A DNA stretch of 45,047 bases, from assembly GCF_035277845.1 (NCBI RefSeq), contig NZ_DATEJS010000221.1:1-45047 (forward strand), written 5' to 3'. Of the stretch, positions 44,902 to 45,047 are shown in pieces. Below the pieces are notes generated by a model. It searched no databases and had not been told where the DNA came from. It saw nothing but the letters and a program-made list of their open reading frames with translations. Both the position numbers and the translations under genes were made by a program. Each line of letters begins with the position of its first letter. Positions within the stretch are counted from its first letter, which is position 1. Source of the DNA: Microbacterium sp. GTDB taxonomy: Bacteria > Actinomycetota > Actinomycetes > Actinomycetales > Microbacteriaceae.

Positions 44902-45047
44902 TCAGCCGCGGCCGCGGGCCTTCGCGACGAGGCGGGCGAGCCGCCGGCGCCAGAGGCGGACGCGCCAGCGCGTCCGCAGCCACGGCGCGCCGAGCGGACC
45001 GGGAACCGGCTTCCAGACGCGAACCTCGTCGGCCCGGGCGGGAATGG
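44902..45047 (-). CDS. C-terminal end of an upstream gene (partial)
   Basis: Manual translation ...IPARADEVRVWKPVPGPLGAPWLRTRWRVRLWRRRLARLVAKARGRG*; basic amphipathic tail; function not assignable. Confidence 0.55.
   Translation of the reverse strand, partial: IPARADEVRVWKPVPGPLGAPWLRTRWRVRLWRRRLARLVAKARGRG

Overview
High-GC actinobacterial DNA; gene content suggests Microbacteriaceae, which is an inference. Left part (1 to ~18.0 kb) is a mosaic genomic island. It holds: (i) the N-terminus of an Mrr-like nuclease running off the left edge, absent from the ORF track and resembling ABC-three-component/Lamassu effectors; (ii) a compact integrase / HTH regulator / divergent excisionase module with no visible replication, conjugation or virion genes; (iii) an AraC-linked oxidative catabolic cluster (HSL-family esterase, type I Baeyer-Villiger monooxygenase, GMC oxidoreductase, EthD); (iv) a class II Fic protein, plus a second internally deleted fic copy that keeps the inhibitory motif and lacks the catalytic loop; (v) an orphan AbiEi antitoxin with an intact 45-bp operator; (vi) IS scraps, a 20-bp direct repeat resembling integrase arm sites, SDR/TetR and VOC/MarR pairs and a NYN-domain gene. 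Right part (~18.06-45 kb) looks like ordinary chromosome: plsC-like acyltransferase, arfB, MBL hydrolase, zincin, a DinB2-type polymerase lacking the aromatic steric gate, APC permease, Ig-repeat surface protein, ECF sigma/anti-sigma/lipoprotein, cold-shock protein, DUF2200, PadR plus ABC1 kinase, a two-component system, two tandem Rv3235-like genes and the edge of a cell-wall polysaccharide locus. No rRNA, tRNA or CRISPR array was seen. GGATGCC/GGCATCC appears over-represented. All family calls come from motif recognition by eye; no searches were run, and novelty cannot be established from the sequence alone.
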